Source of the DNA: the human T2T-CHM13v2.0 reference genome, Homo sapiens
Length of the DNA stretch: 64,000 nt
Reading direction: 5' to 3' (one strand)
Assembly (NCBI RefSeq): GCF_009914755.1
Contig: NC_060929.1
Shown in pieces: positions 28,401-48,738 of the stretch. Below the pieces are notes generated by a model. The model was not told where the DNA came from, did no database searches, and saw only the letters and a program-made list of their open reading frames with translations. The position numbers and the translations under genes were made by a program. Each line of letters opens with the position of its first letter. Position 1 is the stretch's first letter.

Positions 28401-29429
28401 CAGATATGAAAGAACCCTTCAGTTGTGAAAGAACCTCATATATAAAAGAAATTTCCATGGTTTGGAAAGGGGAGGTGGTGACAAAAGTAGGGAAAATGCT
28501 GTAAGATACAGAAAACATGGCAAAGATAAGGTTTTTCAGCTTAACCATAATTTCAATTTCTAATAGACATGAGGGTCCAAGGGTGATACAAGGCTAAAAT
28601 ATTGCACGGACTAGTTCCCTTCCCTACCACTTCCTCACCAAAAATACATTTTTCTAATGGAATTTTATATTCAATTTCAGGTATTTTTTGTTTGCATTTT
28701 TTGTGATGTAACTTCAAGGGAAAACAAAATTCACTTTATAATGAATTATCATGTTTACGTTCCAACTTTTTTGCAATGAAAAGCTATAGGGGATATCTGT
28801 ATGGGCCAAGTGGCTTTTCCCAGAAGCGACATGATTTCGGGATTTGTCAGTTAGCTCTCTTCCATATTCTGGACGCCACCATTTCTTACTCATGAACATG
28901 CCACTTTTTCAGATTTCCTTTTCTCATTATCTCGGGGACACAAAGCTTTAAGTATAGTTTCACATTGACTGTGTTTACATCCAGGGGGTCAGAAGCAAGG
29001 GTTCTTCGTTTTCCTGTGTGTGATCACGGAGCCAATGCTCCCTTTTCATTGGTACTTGACAGTGCCTCAGGAAAATGCTGTAACTAGTGTGTGTGTGGCG
29101 GGGGAAACGGGACTTTTAAATTTTGCACCCAGGATAAATCTGCCATGTGCACAGAAAAATAAGAGGAGTCCTGGTGACAGGTGGCAGTTTTCTACCTGGG
29201 AAAAGAAATTCAAGTCACCAAAGGGGAAAAGAAGCTTTACTTATTTTCTAGGTCTGAGAAAAATCACAGCTGTTGTTGTTAAGAATTCTTATCAGACAGT
29301 CTTAATTAGTAAGTCAAAATATGGATATTGTTTCTCAGTTATGGATTGTATGAGTAGATAAATTATAAAATGTGGTCCCCAAAGCTGAAACTAACCTAAT
29401 ACTGAATCCCTCCCAAACAATCCAGCTGA

Positions 29430-30271
29430 CCAACATGTAGGAAGTCCTCCCCTGAGACTGCCATGGGGTGAGGAAACCCAACCACCTGTGTGAAAAGGCT
29501 CACATAGAGGAAAACCAAGGACTCTGGCTGGCAGCCCCGGCTGAGCTTCCAGCTGGCTGCCAACACAAACTGCCAGCCATGAGAGTGAGGCCATTCTGGA
29601 CACTTCACCATTCTCAAGACCCCGGCCAACTCTTGTGAAGCAGAAGGACCACTTAGTCAATCTACCAAAAAGTGAGAAGTAATAAATTGTTGTTTTAAGC
29701 CACTAAGTTTGGAAGTATGGTTGACCCTTGAACAACACAGTGTTGAATTGCACGGGGCCACATATACACAGATTTTTTTCCAATAAAAGTTTCACAGAAT
29801 GTGCTTGCCTCTCCTGCCTGCCTTTCCACCTCCTCCACCTCTTCCACCTCTGCCACCCCTGAGATAGCAAGACCCACCCTTCCTCTTCCTCCTTTTCCTC
29901 CTCCTCCTCAGCCTACCCAAAATGAAGACCATGCGAATGAAGACCTTTCTGATGACCCACTTCCACTCGGTGAATAGTAAATATATTTTTTCTTCCTTTT
30001 ACTTTTCTTAATAACATTTCTTTTCTCTAGCTTACTTTATTTTAAGAATACAGTGTATAACACATATAACATACATATCTGTTAATTGACTGTTTATGTT
30101 ATCGACGAGTCTTCCCAGTCAACAGTAGGCTACTAACTTGTTAAGTTTTGGAGGAGTCAAAAATTATATGTGGATTTTCAACTGCACATGCAGAGAGGAT
30201 GTCCGTGTCCCTAACCCCATGTTGCTTAAGGATCAACTGTGGTTTGTTAGAGAGAAATGGATACTGAAACA
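29430..30271 (+). mobile_element. MLT1-family LTR split by a Tigger2a-like element
   Basis: ccagccatgagagtgaggccattctggac...ttttaagccactaagtttgg, resuming as ggtttgtta after the insertion. Confidence 0.65.
29719..30240 (+). mobile_element. Tigger2a/MER28-like TcMar DNA transposon
   Basis: Termini gttgacccttgaacaac ... gttgcttaaggatcaactg form inverted repeats. Confidence 0.8.
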
Positions 30272-30389
30272 ATATCTTAGGTAAGACTATCTAGAGACTA
30301 TCTAGCATACTTCCTTTGTACATAATGGTAGGCATATTATTTTGTTTTGATAAATTAAACTATGTCATGGAAGAAAGAAAAAATCAGAC

Positions 30390-32450
<2,061 letters not shown>

Positions 32451-32456
32451 CCTACT

Positions 32457-32787
<331 letters not shown>

Positions 32788-32996
32788 TTACATTCTAGGG
32801 GGGAAAAATAGACAACAAACAAACATACAAAACACAAATAAATAAGCAAACTATTATCAGCGAGTTAGAATTGCTATAATGAAAATGACATGTTCTAGAG
32901 ACTAATTGGGGGCTACTCCTTAGCACCCAGTAGGCACTCAAAAGTGTATGTTAAATGAACAAATGCCAGGATAATAATTATAATTATGTCATTCCT

Positions 32997-33267
<271 letters not shown>

Positions 33268-33792
33268 TCAAGAACTTTATATGGGTAGTAATATAAATAT
33301 TTCCTATGCAACTCACATTCGTCTCTATGAATGATTTCTGTATAGTATGTATACTTGGTACTTTAGTTATGACTCCTCGATTACAACTTTTGTAAAGGCA
33401 GGGATTACACCTTACTCAATTTTGTATACTGACAGCCTATATAGTATCTGAACTATTATAGGCTCTAAAAATACTTTGTTGGCTTGAATAATATCAGTCA
33501 AGAATCTGAATACTTGCTTTGAGCTTAAGTGGTAAAGTTGATATAAAAATGCATTATGACAGTGATCCCTCTCTACAAGGCATTTAAAACCTAAAATCAG
33601 GAGGGGTTATTGCGTAAAATTAAAATACAGGAAACAATAAAACACTTTATAGAAGCAATCCAACATTTTAAGAATAAATACCTCCAGAAACAGGGAAAAA
33701 TGAAAATAGCTGATGATTTGATAGTGACACTGTGGGTATGTTTTCTCATTTAAATTCTCTTAATTGTTGTTTATGTAAAAAATACAACTCGT

Positions 33793-34095
33793 GACCAGGC
33801 GCGGTGGCTCATGCCTGTAATCCCAACACTTTGGGAGGCTGAGGTAGGTGGATCCTGAGGTCAGGAGTTCGAGACCAGACTAGCCAAGATGGTGAAACCC
33901 CGTCTCTACTAAAAATTCAAAAAATTATCTGGGCATGGTGGCGCACACCTGTAATCCCAGCTATTCGGGAGGCTGAGGCAGAGAATTGCTTGAACCCAGG
34001 AGGCGGAGGTTGCAGTGAGCCAAAATCGTGCCACTGCACTCCAGCCTGGGCGACAGAGCAAGATTCCATCTCAAAAAAATAAATAAATAAAAATA
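33793..34095 (+). mobile_element. AluS
   Basis: Full-length with A-rich tail and TSD-like flanks. Confidence 0.93.
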
Positions 34096-35385
34096 AAACT
34101 TGTAAGAAGAATTCTAGGTCCTACAAATATCAGTGCTTTCTCCCATTAGAACCTTCACAGAGTAGAAAGAAGATTTAAGAAATTCCTTTTCCCAGAGAGC
34201 CACAATAATGTTGTGCACCACCAACTCTCAACATTTTCCACCAGGCTGATGCCCCTGGACAGCCATTCATGTTACTCCTCTATCACTACCCAGTCAGTTA
34301 AGTAATCAAATACTGAGCACATGGCTCTACCCTCAAGAAGTTAACATACTGGTAGGGGAAACACCTGTAAACATAGAAATGCCCTGCAGTATGATAAATA
34401 CAGCAAAAGAAGTATGTACAAGGCACAGATGCACTAACAAGGACTGCTTAATTCTGTCAAGAAACATATCACAAAGGAGGTGATGATGAAGTTAGGTTTC
34501 TAAAATTTAAGTTGGAATTCACCAGGAGGAAAAGGAGAAGAAAGGTATATAAGACAAAGACATAAACCATAAAGTGACATTCCTAAAGGGGTACAGATCC
34601 CTGGATAAATCACAGTGTGTCCGTCTCCCCAAAATATTTTATGGGTAATATCAACTTTGTAGAAATAGCAACAAAAGCCTTGGAGAAAAAGTATAAACAA
34701 AACCTAAACTTTAGGTTAGTCTGCAGAAGAACAAGAGACAGTCCACCTAATCTTGGTGATAGATTGTGTGTATGTGTTTGAGGTTTTATATATGAATACA
34801 TGTATGCGATTTTTATTTATCATCATTCAGCCAGCATTGAAATCATGATAAAATTAACTAAAAATTACCTACAGAAACTTTTCTAGGATTCACTCTCACA
34901 TAAAGCAAAGTGTAATAAATAAAATTTTTAATTTCTTTTACAATGAAATAGGGCTCAAAAATTTTAAAAACCGTTAAAACTGTTTCCTTCACTTTCTAAG
35001 TCTCTATGTTCTCATCTGTAAAGATATGTTAATTAATGTATAATCTCCCTTAAGACTGGGATATATATATATGTGTACTAAAAGTGTTTGGAGCCTAGAC
35101 AAAGGAGATAAAGAAATAGAATTAAATCTACTACCACTTTCTCTGACCCAACCCGGAATACTTAAATTAACTAATATCAGTATTTTTCTGTTACTGTTAG
35201 ATACACAATGAACTATTCAAGGGTATGTAAAAGTAGTTACAATATGTACTCAAGTAAAAATCAGAAAAAAAGTTGCCTATCATGTCTATGTGCACTTATG
35301 GGATATACATTCACAATCTAATTGAGAAGAAAATACATTTATGAAACAGTTAGAAATAATACGGGCAAGTGTAAATGAAGTCCTA

Positions 35386-35822
<437 letters not shown>

Positions 35823-36237
35823 AACTAAGTCAACTATAGTTCAAGAATCCAAAGCCAATTATTACTAGCAATTCAGAGAATTACCTTCTAGGCTTTAGAA
35901 AACATATTAGAGCTATTGGGTGGGGGGGAAGTTAGATTCACCCTTCATACCACACACAAGAATAAACTCAAAATGGATCAAGAGCTTTATTGGAAAAAAA
36001 AAAAACTATACAAGTTCTAGAAGAAAACTTGGGTGAATTCCTTTTTAACCTCTGTGTAGGGAAAGGCTTTGTAACTATAATTTGAAATACAGAGGCAAAA
36101 CAAATAAAATATTGATAAATGTAACGATATAAAAATAAAAATGTTTTACATGACAAAACATAAGAAAAGGAAATGACAAACTGGGATACAATATTCACAA
36201 TATGTATCACAGATAAAGAGCTGACGTCTTAAATTTA

Positions 36238-36631
<394 letters not shown>

Positions 36632-36809
36632 TAGAGAAAAATAGGCAAAAATACATAAACAGACAATCCACTAAGAGCTATATAAAGACAGTCTTAAACA
36701 TATATAAAAAGATGTTCAACTTTATTCATAGTAAGATAAATGCAAATTATTAAAATGATGTTAAGATATCATTTCTCACTCATCAGATTGGCAAAAAAAA
36801 GTCAAAAGC

Positions 36810-37712
<903 letters not shown>

Positions 37713-38038
37713 CCTGACAATACACTCTGTTGGTGAGGATGCAAGAAAACATCTCATCCTCAATATAAGATGCAATGTATGAGAGTACATTGAGAGGTAT
37801 TCTCATACGTTGCTGATGGGAATATGGCAGTATATAACAAAACTACATACAAATTTACTCTTCAACACAGCAATCCCACTTGTAGAAATGTATCCTTAAG
37901 TTATACCCCCAATGATTCAAAAACACATATGTACAAAGTAATATATCCACTGTACCAAGCTTTTGACTTTTTTTTGCCAATCTGATGAGAAATGATATCT
38001 TAACATCATTTTATTAATTTGCATTTCTCTTACTATGA

Positions 38039-38375
<337 letters not shown>

Positions 38376-39854
38376 AAGACTATCTTTGTATAGCTCTTAG
38401 TGGATTGTCTGTTTATGTATTTTGCCTATTTTTCTCTAGAATTTTTGGTCATTTTTGTTATATTATAAATAGTTTTTTAAGAAGTAAATTTGGCCAAGTG
38501 TGGTGGCTCACGCCTGTAATCACAGCACTTTATTACTTTAATAATGCAATAATATATTGCATTAGTTGTAATATCAAAATATTAGAAACTACCTAATATC
38601 TAAGTGGGCAGGTTGATTGAATAAACTATAATACATCTGTACAATGGAGTATTATGCAGCAATAAAGAAGAACTAGAAAGATCTCTAGGAACGATACAGA
38701 ATGATTTCCAGGAGATATTAAATTTTAAAAAGCAAAGCGCAAAAGACCATATAATATGTTATATTTTGTGGAAGAAAGAGGAGAAATAAGAAAATATACA
38801 TTATCATTACAAAAAGAGACACAGGCAGGATAAACCAGAAAACCATGAAATTTGTTTTCTGCAAGGAGTAAGGGTGAGGGGATGAGTGGAAGGGACACAG
38901 GAGAGAATGGCTGTTCTCTGAGTATAACTCTTCGTATAGTTTTGACTTTTGAAAGCATGTTAATATCTTACATATTCAAAAGATAAATCAATTAAGAATG
39001 AGGAGGGGGAACCCATAAGCAAATGCCAATTGAATAAATAAGTGTAATGTATATCAAATGAATAACATGACCACAATGAATGGAAAAAAGTTTAAAAGAA
39101 AAAACTAATCCAAGAAATGTATGAAAACAGTGTGGCCTCAGTTTTGGAGGGGATGAGGAAAGAAAAGTGCAAACGAGTCATGAACTCTTTTTAGTAGGGT
39201 TGTTAATGGTAGCAGTATGGGCAAAGCAATTTCAAAATTATTTTAGATGTAATTAGGATTGAGCAAATGGGTAAATGTGTTGGTGTTATTGGGAGTCAGG
39301 GTTCTCACCGTGGAAAAAGGAATATGTAAGTATGAAATGGGGAAAGGCAAAAAAAGAATCTTGTGGAGATGCACTGGAATTGGAGAAACTGGTATGAAGT
39401 CATGATTTCTAAAATGTGAATATGTATATACATGTTTATGTATGTGCACATGTATATGTGTATGTGTATGTGTATGCACATTTGTGTATACATGGCTTTA
39501 CTTCCCATCTCTGTTTGTTCAAAAGTCCAAGAAGCAAATAAAACCTGGTAGCAATGAGTATGCCTCGTGCCTAGATCTTGGTTTCTAGTACCATTCCCCT
39601 CTAAAAGGAATCTGTCCTCCTTCAAGAAATGGCTGATTCCAGGGCTGGGGCAGCATAGATACATTGGAGCCTAGGACACCCTGTTATGCCATCCTGTTAA
39701 GGAAGTGCTAAAAGAAAAAAAAAGTGACAGCATATTGCAAGGACATGAGGACTAGCTTGAAGGGGCCCCACTGGCCAAATCGGAGACAATTAAGCACCAA
39801 ACTAGTACATATAATAATGAATTATAAACCATTGGTAAAACAGTGAGGGCCCAG

Positions 39855-40092
39855 AGCCAACTGATCCATTAGGCACAGTGTCTGAGACCCATGATACTTT
39901 CAAAGGCGCATGAAAATGTTTTAACTTCTTTTAAAAGAAATCAGAAGAAAAATAAATGCACTGGCAATAACATCCTGGATTATATTTATCTTCATAGCAA
40001 CAAAGTCATCAAATATAATTTTTTAAAATCATATGGAGGAACAATAAAGACAAAAGTGCCGAGGGCCCAAGAAAGTCATAAGGCTGCCCTTC
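39855..40092 (+). mobile_element. hAT-Tip100-like DNA transposon (ORSL-like)
   Basis: tccattaggcacagtg... and aaagtgccgagggcccaagaaagtcataaggctgccct. Confidence 0.45.
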
Positions 40093-40799
40093 TAGGGACA
40101 ACTGGCCAATGGGGACCATGTGCTAAACTGGAAAATTATCATTTTGCAACTTTCATAGTACAGATTAATTCAAGCAAGAATCATCAATAGAAGTTAAATC
40201 TAAAGGAAATTTTTGGTAAGGAATAAGATATTGGCACCATCTTAAAATGTGTCACCCACAGACTTATTAGTCGCAGGAAAGAAAGAACAAAAGATGATTA
40301 TACAGTGGAAAACTAAGGCATCACTTTGATTGGATGATCAAAATTAATATTATCTTTGAGAGATAGATGGACATCGTGTGCCTCCAGATCCTGAGAAGGT
40401 CACAACATCACCTATGCAATATTCGTGCTGAGAGTGTATAAATGCAATCTAATCATGAGGAAACATCAGACAAACAAAACGAAGTGTTCTATTAAAAAAA
40501 AGAAAGGTGGGAGAGTTGTATTCTTCAAAAATGTCAATGTCAAAAAAGACAAAGACTGTGGAAATGTTCCAGATTTAAGGTGGCTAAAAAGACATGGCAA
40601 TTAAATGCAATATTTGACCCTAAAATTGAAGCTGTACTGGAAGGGGAAAAAACCTGTGAAGGACATGATTAGATCAGCTAAAACTTTTGGAATGTGAACA
40701 GTAAATTAGATGATAGCATTCTATCAAGGTAAACTTATGAAGTCAGTAACTAGAGCAAACCCCTTTCCTTCAGAAATACATGCTGAGCTGAGCCCTATG

Positions 40800-41112
40800 A
40801 CAAACTCCTGTGGTCCCAGCTACTGAAGGTTGAGGTAGGAGGATCACTTCAGGCCAGGAGTTCAAGGCTAGCCTGGGTAATATATTGAGACCCTATATCT
40901 CAATTAATCAATCAATCAATGCCGGATGATTTGAGGATAAAAAGCCATGAGCCATGATATATACAGCCTGGCATGGTGGCATACACCTGTGGTCCCAGCT
41001 ACTTGGGGGCACTGAGGCATGAGGATCACTTGAACCCAGGAGGTTGAGCCAAGATCATGCCACTGAACTCCAGCCTAGGTGACAAAGTGAGACCTTGCCT
41101 TAAAAAAAAAAA
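40800..41112 (+). mobile_element. Two Alu-monomer/AluJ fragments
   Basis: ggtcccagctact...ggatcactt motifs occur twice. Confidence 0.7.
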
Positions 41113-41152
41113 GATATATGTAACCTACATCAAATGGTTTAAGGAAAAAATA

Positions 41153-41182
41153 TGTGTGTGTGTGTGTGTGTGTGTGTCTGTG
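41153..41182. repeat. (TG)n microsatellite
   Basis: Seen directly. Confidence 0.92.
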
Positions 41183-41720
41183 TAAACAGAAAGAGAATGT
41201 TAGCAATGGCTGAATCTTTGTAAAGGATATTCAAATGTTCCTTGTATGATTTTTACTTTTGCAACTCCTTATAAGTTTGATATTATTTTTAAATAAGTTT
41301 TTGAAAACTTAAGAAATAATAAATATATTAGAGTGTCACATACACTGTATGATGACATTGGCTGGAGTTTTCATGTTATAAACAGTTTCTCATCTTATCA
41401 TATAATCTTTGAGTCTATTATTTTAAATGTCTACATAGCATTCTATCAAACTGATATGCTAGAGTTTGCTGAGCTATTGCTTTACTGTTAAAATTTTAAA
41501 TTACCTTCAATTTTTTTTCTGTTTCAAACAGTGTTCACAGTTGTTAAGCTTCAGCACTCTAGAACCGTATTACCTATATTCAAAATCCCAGCTCTGTTAT
41601 TTATTAGTTGTATGGCTTTGAGTAAATTATTTATCCTTCTATGCCTCACTTTCAAGTTAGGCATAAATAGTACTTATAGGGTTGTTGTGAGTATTAAATG
41701 AGATATTCATGTAAAGAACT

Positions 41721-42086
<366 letters not shown>

Positions 42087-42999
42087 TTATGTACCCTAAA
42101 ATGCAAAAATTCCACTCCTAGATATATATCCAAAAGAAATTCTTGCACATATACAATAAGAGACATGGACCATGATGCTCATGACAGGATCATTCACAAT
42201 AATAAAAACCTAGGAAAAAATCTTCAAAATGCCCATCAACAAGAGACTGAATAAACTAAATCCATAACCACAGTGGAATATTACACAGCTGTTTAAATGA
42301 ACGAACTGTGGTGACATGCAACAACATGCATGAATCTTAACAAATACCACTAAGTGCAAAAATTATTGTGTGCCACATGATATTTTTTATTAAATTAAAA
42401 ACATTTAAATATGCATATTTAGGAATGCTTATAAATACAATAACACTATATAAAAAGGAAAGCAAGGGAGTGGGGATTCAGGTTGATGGCTGCCTGGCAT
42501 GGGAGGAGTTAGGGCATGGTACGGGTAGGGGCCTAATGTGGTAGGTTTATGGGTGCTTTTAATACTTTAAACAAATGGTTAGCTAGCTAGCCAGGCAGCA
42601 AAGTAGACAGCTCTGACTGCTATGTGAAGAATGGATCAAAGGAGTAGAAGCTGGAGCAGGATGACCAGTTAGGAAGATGTTTAGTATCCAGATGAAGGAG
42701 GGTGAGGCATTGTTCTCGAATGGTGGCCATTGAGATGGAGAGTATTGAACAGAATCAGAATCTATTCTGGAGGTAATGGAGAACTTGCTCTGATGACTTA
42801 GATGTGGGAGGCAAGGAATATTCTATTGTACAAATATTCCATAATTAAACTCTGCTCTTATGGTATATCTAAGTTGTTTACAATATTTTTTGCTCCAATA
42901 AAGGTCTAAAATGAACATCCTTGTACCTTAATCTTCATACAAATTCAATTAATGTCTTTCTTTTTTATGGTGTGTGATGTGATCCAATTTTATTATATT

Positions 43000-43860
43000 T
43001 AAGATTGTATTTTTTTTTTAGAGCAGTGTTAGGCACACAGCCAAATTGAAAGGAAGGTACAGAGATTTCCCTTATGGCCTCTGCCGTCATACATGTTCAG
43101 GCTCCCAATTACAATATCCCCCACCAGAGCGGTACATACATTACAACAGATAAACCTACATTGATACACCACTATCATCCAAAGTCTATACCTTACATTA
43201 GGGTTCACTCTTGGTGGTGTACATTCTATGGGTTTGGACATACATTCATTATAGTATCATATAGTATTTTCACTGCCCTGAAAATCCTCTGTGCTCCATC
43301 TATTCATCCTTCCCTCGCCCCATACTCTGGCAACTACTGATCCTTTTACTCTCTCCATAGTTTTGCCTTTTCCAGAATGTGATACAGTTTGGAATCATAT
43401 AATACGTAACTTTTTCAATTGGCTTCTTTCACTTAGCAATATGGATTTAAGGTTCCTGCACGTCTTTTCATGGCTTGATAGCTTTTTTCTTTTTAGCAAT
43501 GAATATTTCATTTACTGGGTATACCACAGTTTATTCATTCCTCTAATGAAGGCCAACTCAGTTGCTTTCAAGTTTTGGTAATTATAAAAGATGCTATAAA
43601 CATCCATGTGCACGTCTTTGTATGGACATAAGTTTTCAACTCCTTTTGGTAAACACCAGAGAGTTCAAATGTTGGATTATATAGTAAGATGTATGTTTAG
43701 TTTTGTAAGAAGCTGTCAAACTATCTTCCAAAGTGGCTGTGCCCTTTTGCATTCCCACCAGCAATGAACCAGAGTTCCTGTTGCTCCACATCCTCACCAG
43801 CATTTGGTGTTGTCATGTTCTGGACTTTGGCCATTCTAATAGATATGTATCTTGAATTAA
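43000..43860 (-). mobile_element. L1MA/MB 3' end
   Basis: tttacattagggttcactcttggtg-like motif; ttttgcattcccaccagcaatga. Confidence 0.8.
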
Positions 43861-43986
43861 TTTTTAAAAATCAACCTGCAGAAATAAAATTGCTATACCA
43901 AAGGATATGTGCATTAAATAAGGCTTTTGATACATATTACCAAGTTAGCTTCCTGAAGTGAAAGATTGTACCATTTTAGCTCCCAC

Positions 43987-44200
43987 TAGCTTGGACAACA
44001 TGACGAAATTTCATCTCTACAAAACATACAAAAATTCTCTGAGTGTGGTTGCCCGCGCCTAGTAGTCCCAGCTACTCCAGCGGCTGAGGCAGGAGAATCA
44101 CTCGAGCTGGGGAAGTGGAGGTTGCAGTGAGCCAAGATCGCGCCGCTGCACTTCAGCCTGGACGACAGAAGGAGACACTGTCTTAAAGAAAAAAAAAAGA
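43987..44200 (+). mobile_element. 5'-truncated Alu
   Basis: Partial left arm, right arm and poly-A. Confidence 0.85.
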
Positions 44201-45263
44201 ACAAGAAGAACTTACAGTACTGCCTGGAACATACTAAGCATACAACAAATATTAGCTATTTGAATAACTTTTGTACGTTAAGCTTTTTCCATTGGGGGGA
44301 TCTAAACTTTTGCAATATTAATAGTTGAATATAAAGGCAATACTACTGATATTTTGGGATACATAAAATAATGTATAATGTAGAGATAGGAATGGCAATA
44401 TTTCGAACAATGAAATAGATTATTTTATAATCTTTGCTTTCTTTAATTAAAAAAATAGGAATTCACCTAAAAAAGATATATCTGCTATTCTAAAATCTAC
44501 CACTGAGTGGCAGCATAACCAATTAATATGGCAATATAACTCGTAATTTTCAAACTCAAATTTACAAAAATCTCAAAATAGAAAAAAGGTTCCTAGAAAA
44601 GAAGTGTGGTTATAGCAGACACATTAAATCTATTGGCTGATGAATTATTTGAGGTAAATCTATCCCAATACCTTGCTAGGTGTTGGTTGGCCAGACATCT
44701 CTAAACTGATTTATCTTTTCTGTGACCCCATTTCCACTCTCCCTTAAAATGGTTTTTCTTCCGTCTTTTCCATCTCAATAAATGACATACGTACCATCTA
44801 CCTAATTGCTTAAGCCAGAAACTAAAAGTCACTCTATTGTGGGGTACAGGGCTTTTTATTGTTGATTCATAGTTGTATTATATTATGGTAAAAAAAAATG
44901 TGGTCTGTATAATATCAACTTTCTCAGTATTACTTGAGACTGGCTTCGTAGTCAAATTTTCAAGTTTTTCACATTTACTTAGAGAACATGTACTTAGAAA
45001 ACATGTACTCTCCACTACGTGAAGGATTCTGGCTGTATCCATTAAATCAAGCTTGTGAACCATGTTTTTCAGATCTTCTGTATCCTTATTAATATTATGT
45101 CAGCTTCTTCTGTTTCTGTAGGAAATATGGTAAAGAAAAATTTGCCACTGTAATTGTGGATTTGTTAATTTCTTGCAATTCTGTCAATGACATTTTTGCT
45201 TTACATGTACTGAAGAGGTATTGTAAATTACATATAGAGTCAGAATTGCTACATCTTTTTGGT

Positions 45264-45465
<202 letters not shown>

Positions 45466-45500
45466 ATTCCTTTATCGTTTACTTAAAAAAATCTTAGGCC

Positions 45501-45816
<316 letters not shown>

Positions 45817-45919
45817 TCAGTGGCTTCGTATGAGAAAGAATAATATCCAAACATTTTACCACAACACTTAGAATGACTTGGCCCATGCCTGCTTCGCCAA
45901 TCTCCTCTCATAAACTTAA

Positions 45920-46400
45920 ATACTTATGTTTAACTTTATAGGAAATTACCAAACTGTTCCCTGAAATGGTTGTACGATTTTGCATTCCCACCAGCAATGT
46001 ATGAAAGTTCCAGTTATTCTGCAACCTCACTAGCACCTGACATTGTCTTTTTATTTAATTTAAACTATTTGAGCAGGCACGAGGTGGTGTCTCATTGTCG
46101 TTTTAATTTGTAAATGACTAATGAAGTTGAGAATCTTTTCGTGTACTAATTTGCCATCTGTATATCTTTTTTATAAAGTATCTGTTCAAATCTTTTGCCC
46201 TTTTCTTTACTGGGTTGTTAGCTTTCTTATTATTGAGGTTAGAGAGTCTTTTATATATTCAGGTTACAAATATTTTATTAGACATATGTTTTGCAAATGT
46301 TTCTTCCCAGTATGTGGCTTGTCTTCTCATTTTCTCTATCTTTCAAAGAGCAGAACTTTTTTGTTTCGTAAAATCCAGTTTATTAATTTTTCCTTTTCTA
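45920..46400 (-). mobile_element. L1M fragment
   Basis: ttttgcattcccaccagcaatgtatga; tctgttcaaatcttttgccc. Confidence 0.8.
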
Positions 46401-46659
46401 CCCAGCCTTTTAATCCCATTTCTTCCCATCCTATTCTATCAGTCTTCTTTCTCTGTCTTCAGTCATGTATAATTCTCCCACTTTTTGCAAAAATCTTCAC
46501 CTTTCCTCATTATCACTGTTCTTTTTCCCCTTTATTTCCCTGCCAAATATTTGAAATGAATGTCTACAAAAGCCTCCAATTCTTTACTATTTAGACATTC
46601 CTTAAAGTCCTAAAATTTTTGCTTTCATTTATACCACACTACCAAAACTAACCTCTTGA

Positions 46660-47058
<399 letters not shown>

Positions 47059-48468
47059 TAAAAATTATTTTTTAACCTCTCATTTTTGACATTCCTCAAA
47101 AGCTGATCTAACCCCTATGATATTCCCTTGGGAATTAATTCAAATATTATTTAATATCATGTAAATAAGGGGTTTTGGTCTTTGGTTTATTTTACAGATC
47201 AGGGTCTCATTGTGTTGTCCAGGCTGGTCTTGAACTCCTGAGCTAGCTCATGATCCTCCTACCTCAACCTCCCCGGTAACTGAGTCTACAGGTGTGCACC
47301 ACCAAGTCAGGCTTAAGGGTTTTTTTGGTGAATAAATTTAAGGTTTTGTGTTGTTCTGAAGTCAGACTGAAGTAGCAAATATGAAATAGGTGTTAAATTA
47401 CTTACAGGAAATTAGTTCCCTTAAATGAGTTGAATATCATCATTTATTTTTTAAATGACATCATTGTTTTTTTTAAAACCTGAATTCCCAATGAGAGAAA
47501 TTTCAGCAGAACACATAACTGATTTTTATTATAAACTCTAAATTACTGGAGTCCAAATGAACAAAATTTACTCATTTTTTTCATTAATTATAAAATATGT
47601 ATTATATATTAGGAAGAAATACAATCCAGGAACAATTTCCTAGGAGAGGGAGTATAGTTATTAGGATCACAAAGGGTTTTTTCTAATATTTATTAGGTAG
47701 AGAAACTGAAATATAGTAAAATAGATTTTTCCCCTACCTAAAGTAAAATTATAAAAAAGACATTTCAGTTTTGATTTTGCCTCATTGGAACCATAATTAG
47801 CAGTGGTTTCATCCTTCTCAGGTACTCCCCCATCTACCATCCTTTCCTTCTCATTCACCTTCTCTTTCTTTTTCCCCTTTTTATTTCCTCTAATTAGTAA
47901 AATGACCAGAAATATGACTAAATTAAGTTATTGAGCTTCTCCCTATTCTAGGTCAAAGTAATTACTTCTCGTTATTCCAGCTGGTTCTTCTGCTGGCTTC
48001 CATTTATCTGCTGAAAAGTCTGTTTTCAGATGGACAGCTCCTGCTTTCTTCTTCTTGGGCAGAGCAAAAGAGAGCAATGGCTGAGATTTCCTGATTCATT
48101 AGTGTCACAAAGTCAGGCTAGGAAAATCTGTGCTCTGGAATCCTCCATGTCTCCATTGTGGGGATATCAGTGCATTCTGAGCACATTGAGAGGGAGCAGA
48201 ATATAGGAGAAAGAGCTTTGGAGTTAAAAAGACCCGAGTTCAAATCAATCCTGACTACCACTTAATAGCCACATGACCAGAAAGGCAATACATTCTTCGA
48301 GCATGTCTCCTCATCTGTGAAAGAGAGATAGATGATAATGTCTATTTTAACAGGAACCATGAGTAAGGAATCTGACACTTAGTACATACTTAGTACGGTT
48401 TAGTCTCTTCCTCTACTCTCCCACAATAATTCCTTTAGTTGAGAATGGCTCTTTAAAATGTCATCCCT

Positions 48469-48738
48469 GGCTGGGCGTGGTGGCTCATGCCTGTAATCCC
48501 AGCACTTTGGGAGGCCAGGAGTTCAAGACCAGCCTGGCCAACATGGCAAAACTCCAACTCTACTAAAAATACAAAAATTAGCCGAGCATGGTGGCACACA
48601 CCTGTAGTCCCAGCTACTCAGGAGGCTGAGGCCCGAGAATTACATGAACCCAGGCAGTGGAGGTTTCAGTGAGCCAAGATTGTGCCACTGCACTTCACCC
48701 TGGGCGATAGAACGAGACTCCATCTCAAAAAAAAAAAA
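48469..48738 (+). mobile_element. Alu with an internal left-arm deletion
   Basis: ttgggaggcc joined directly to aggagttc; TSD gtcatccct. Confidence 0.9.

Noticed and set aside
46121-46594. 157-aa hydrophobic ORF
   Set aside because: Antisense translation of a decayed L1 plus T-rich flank.
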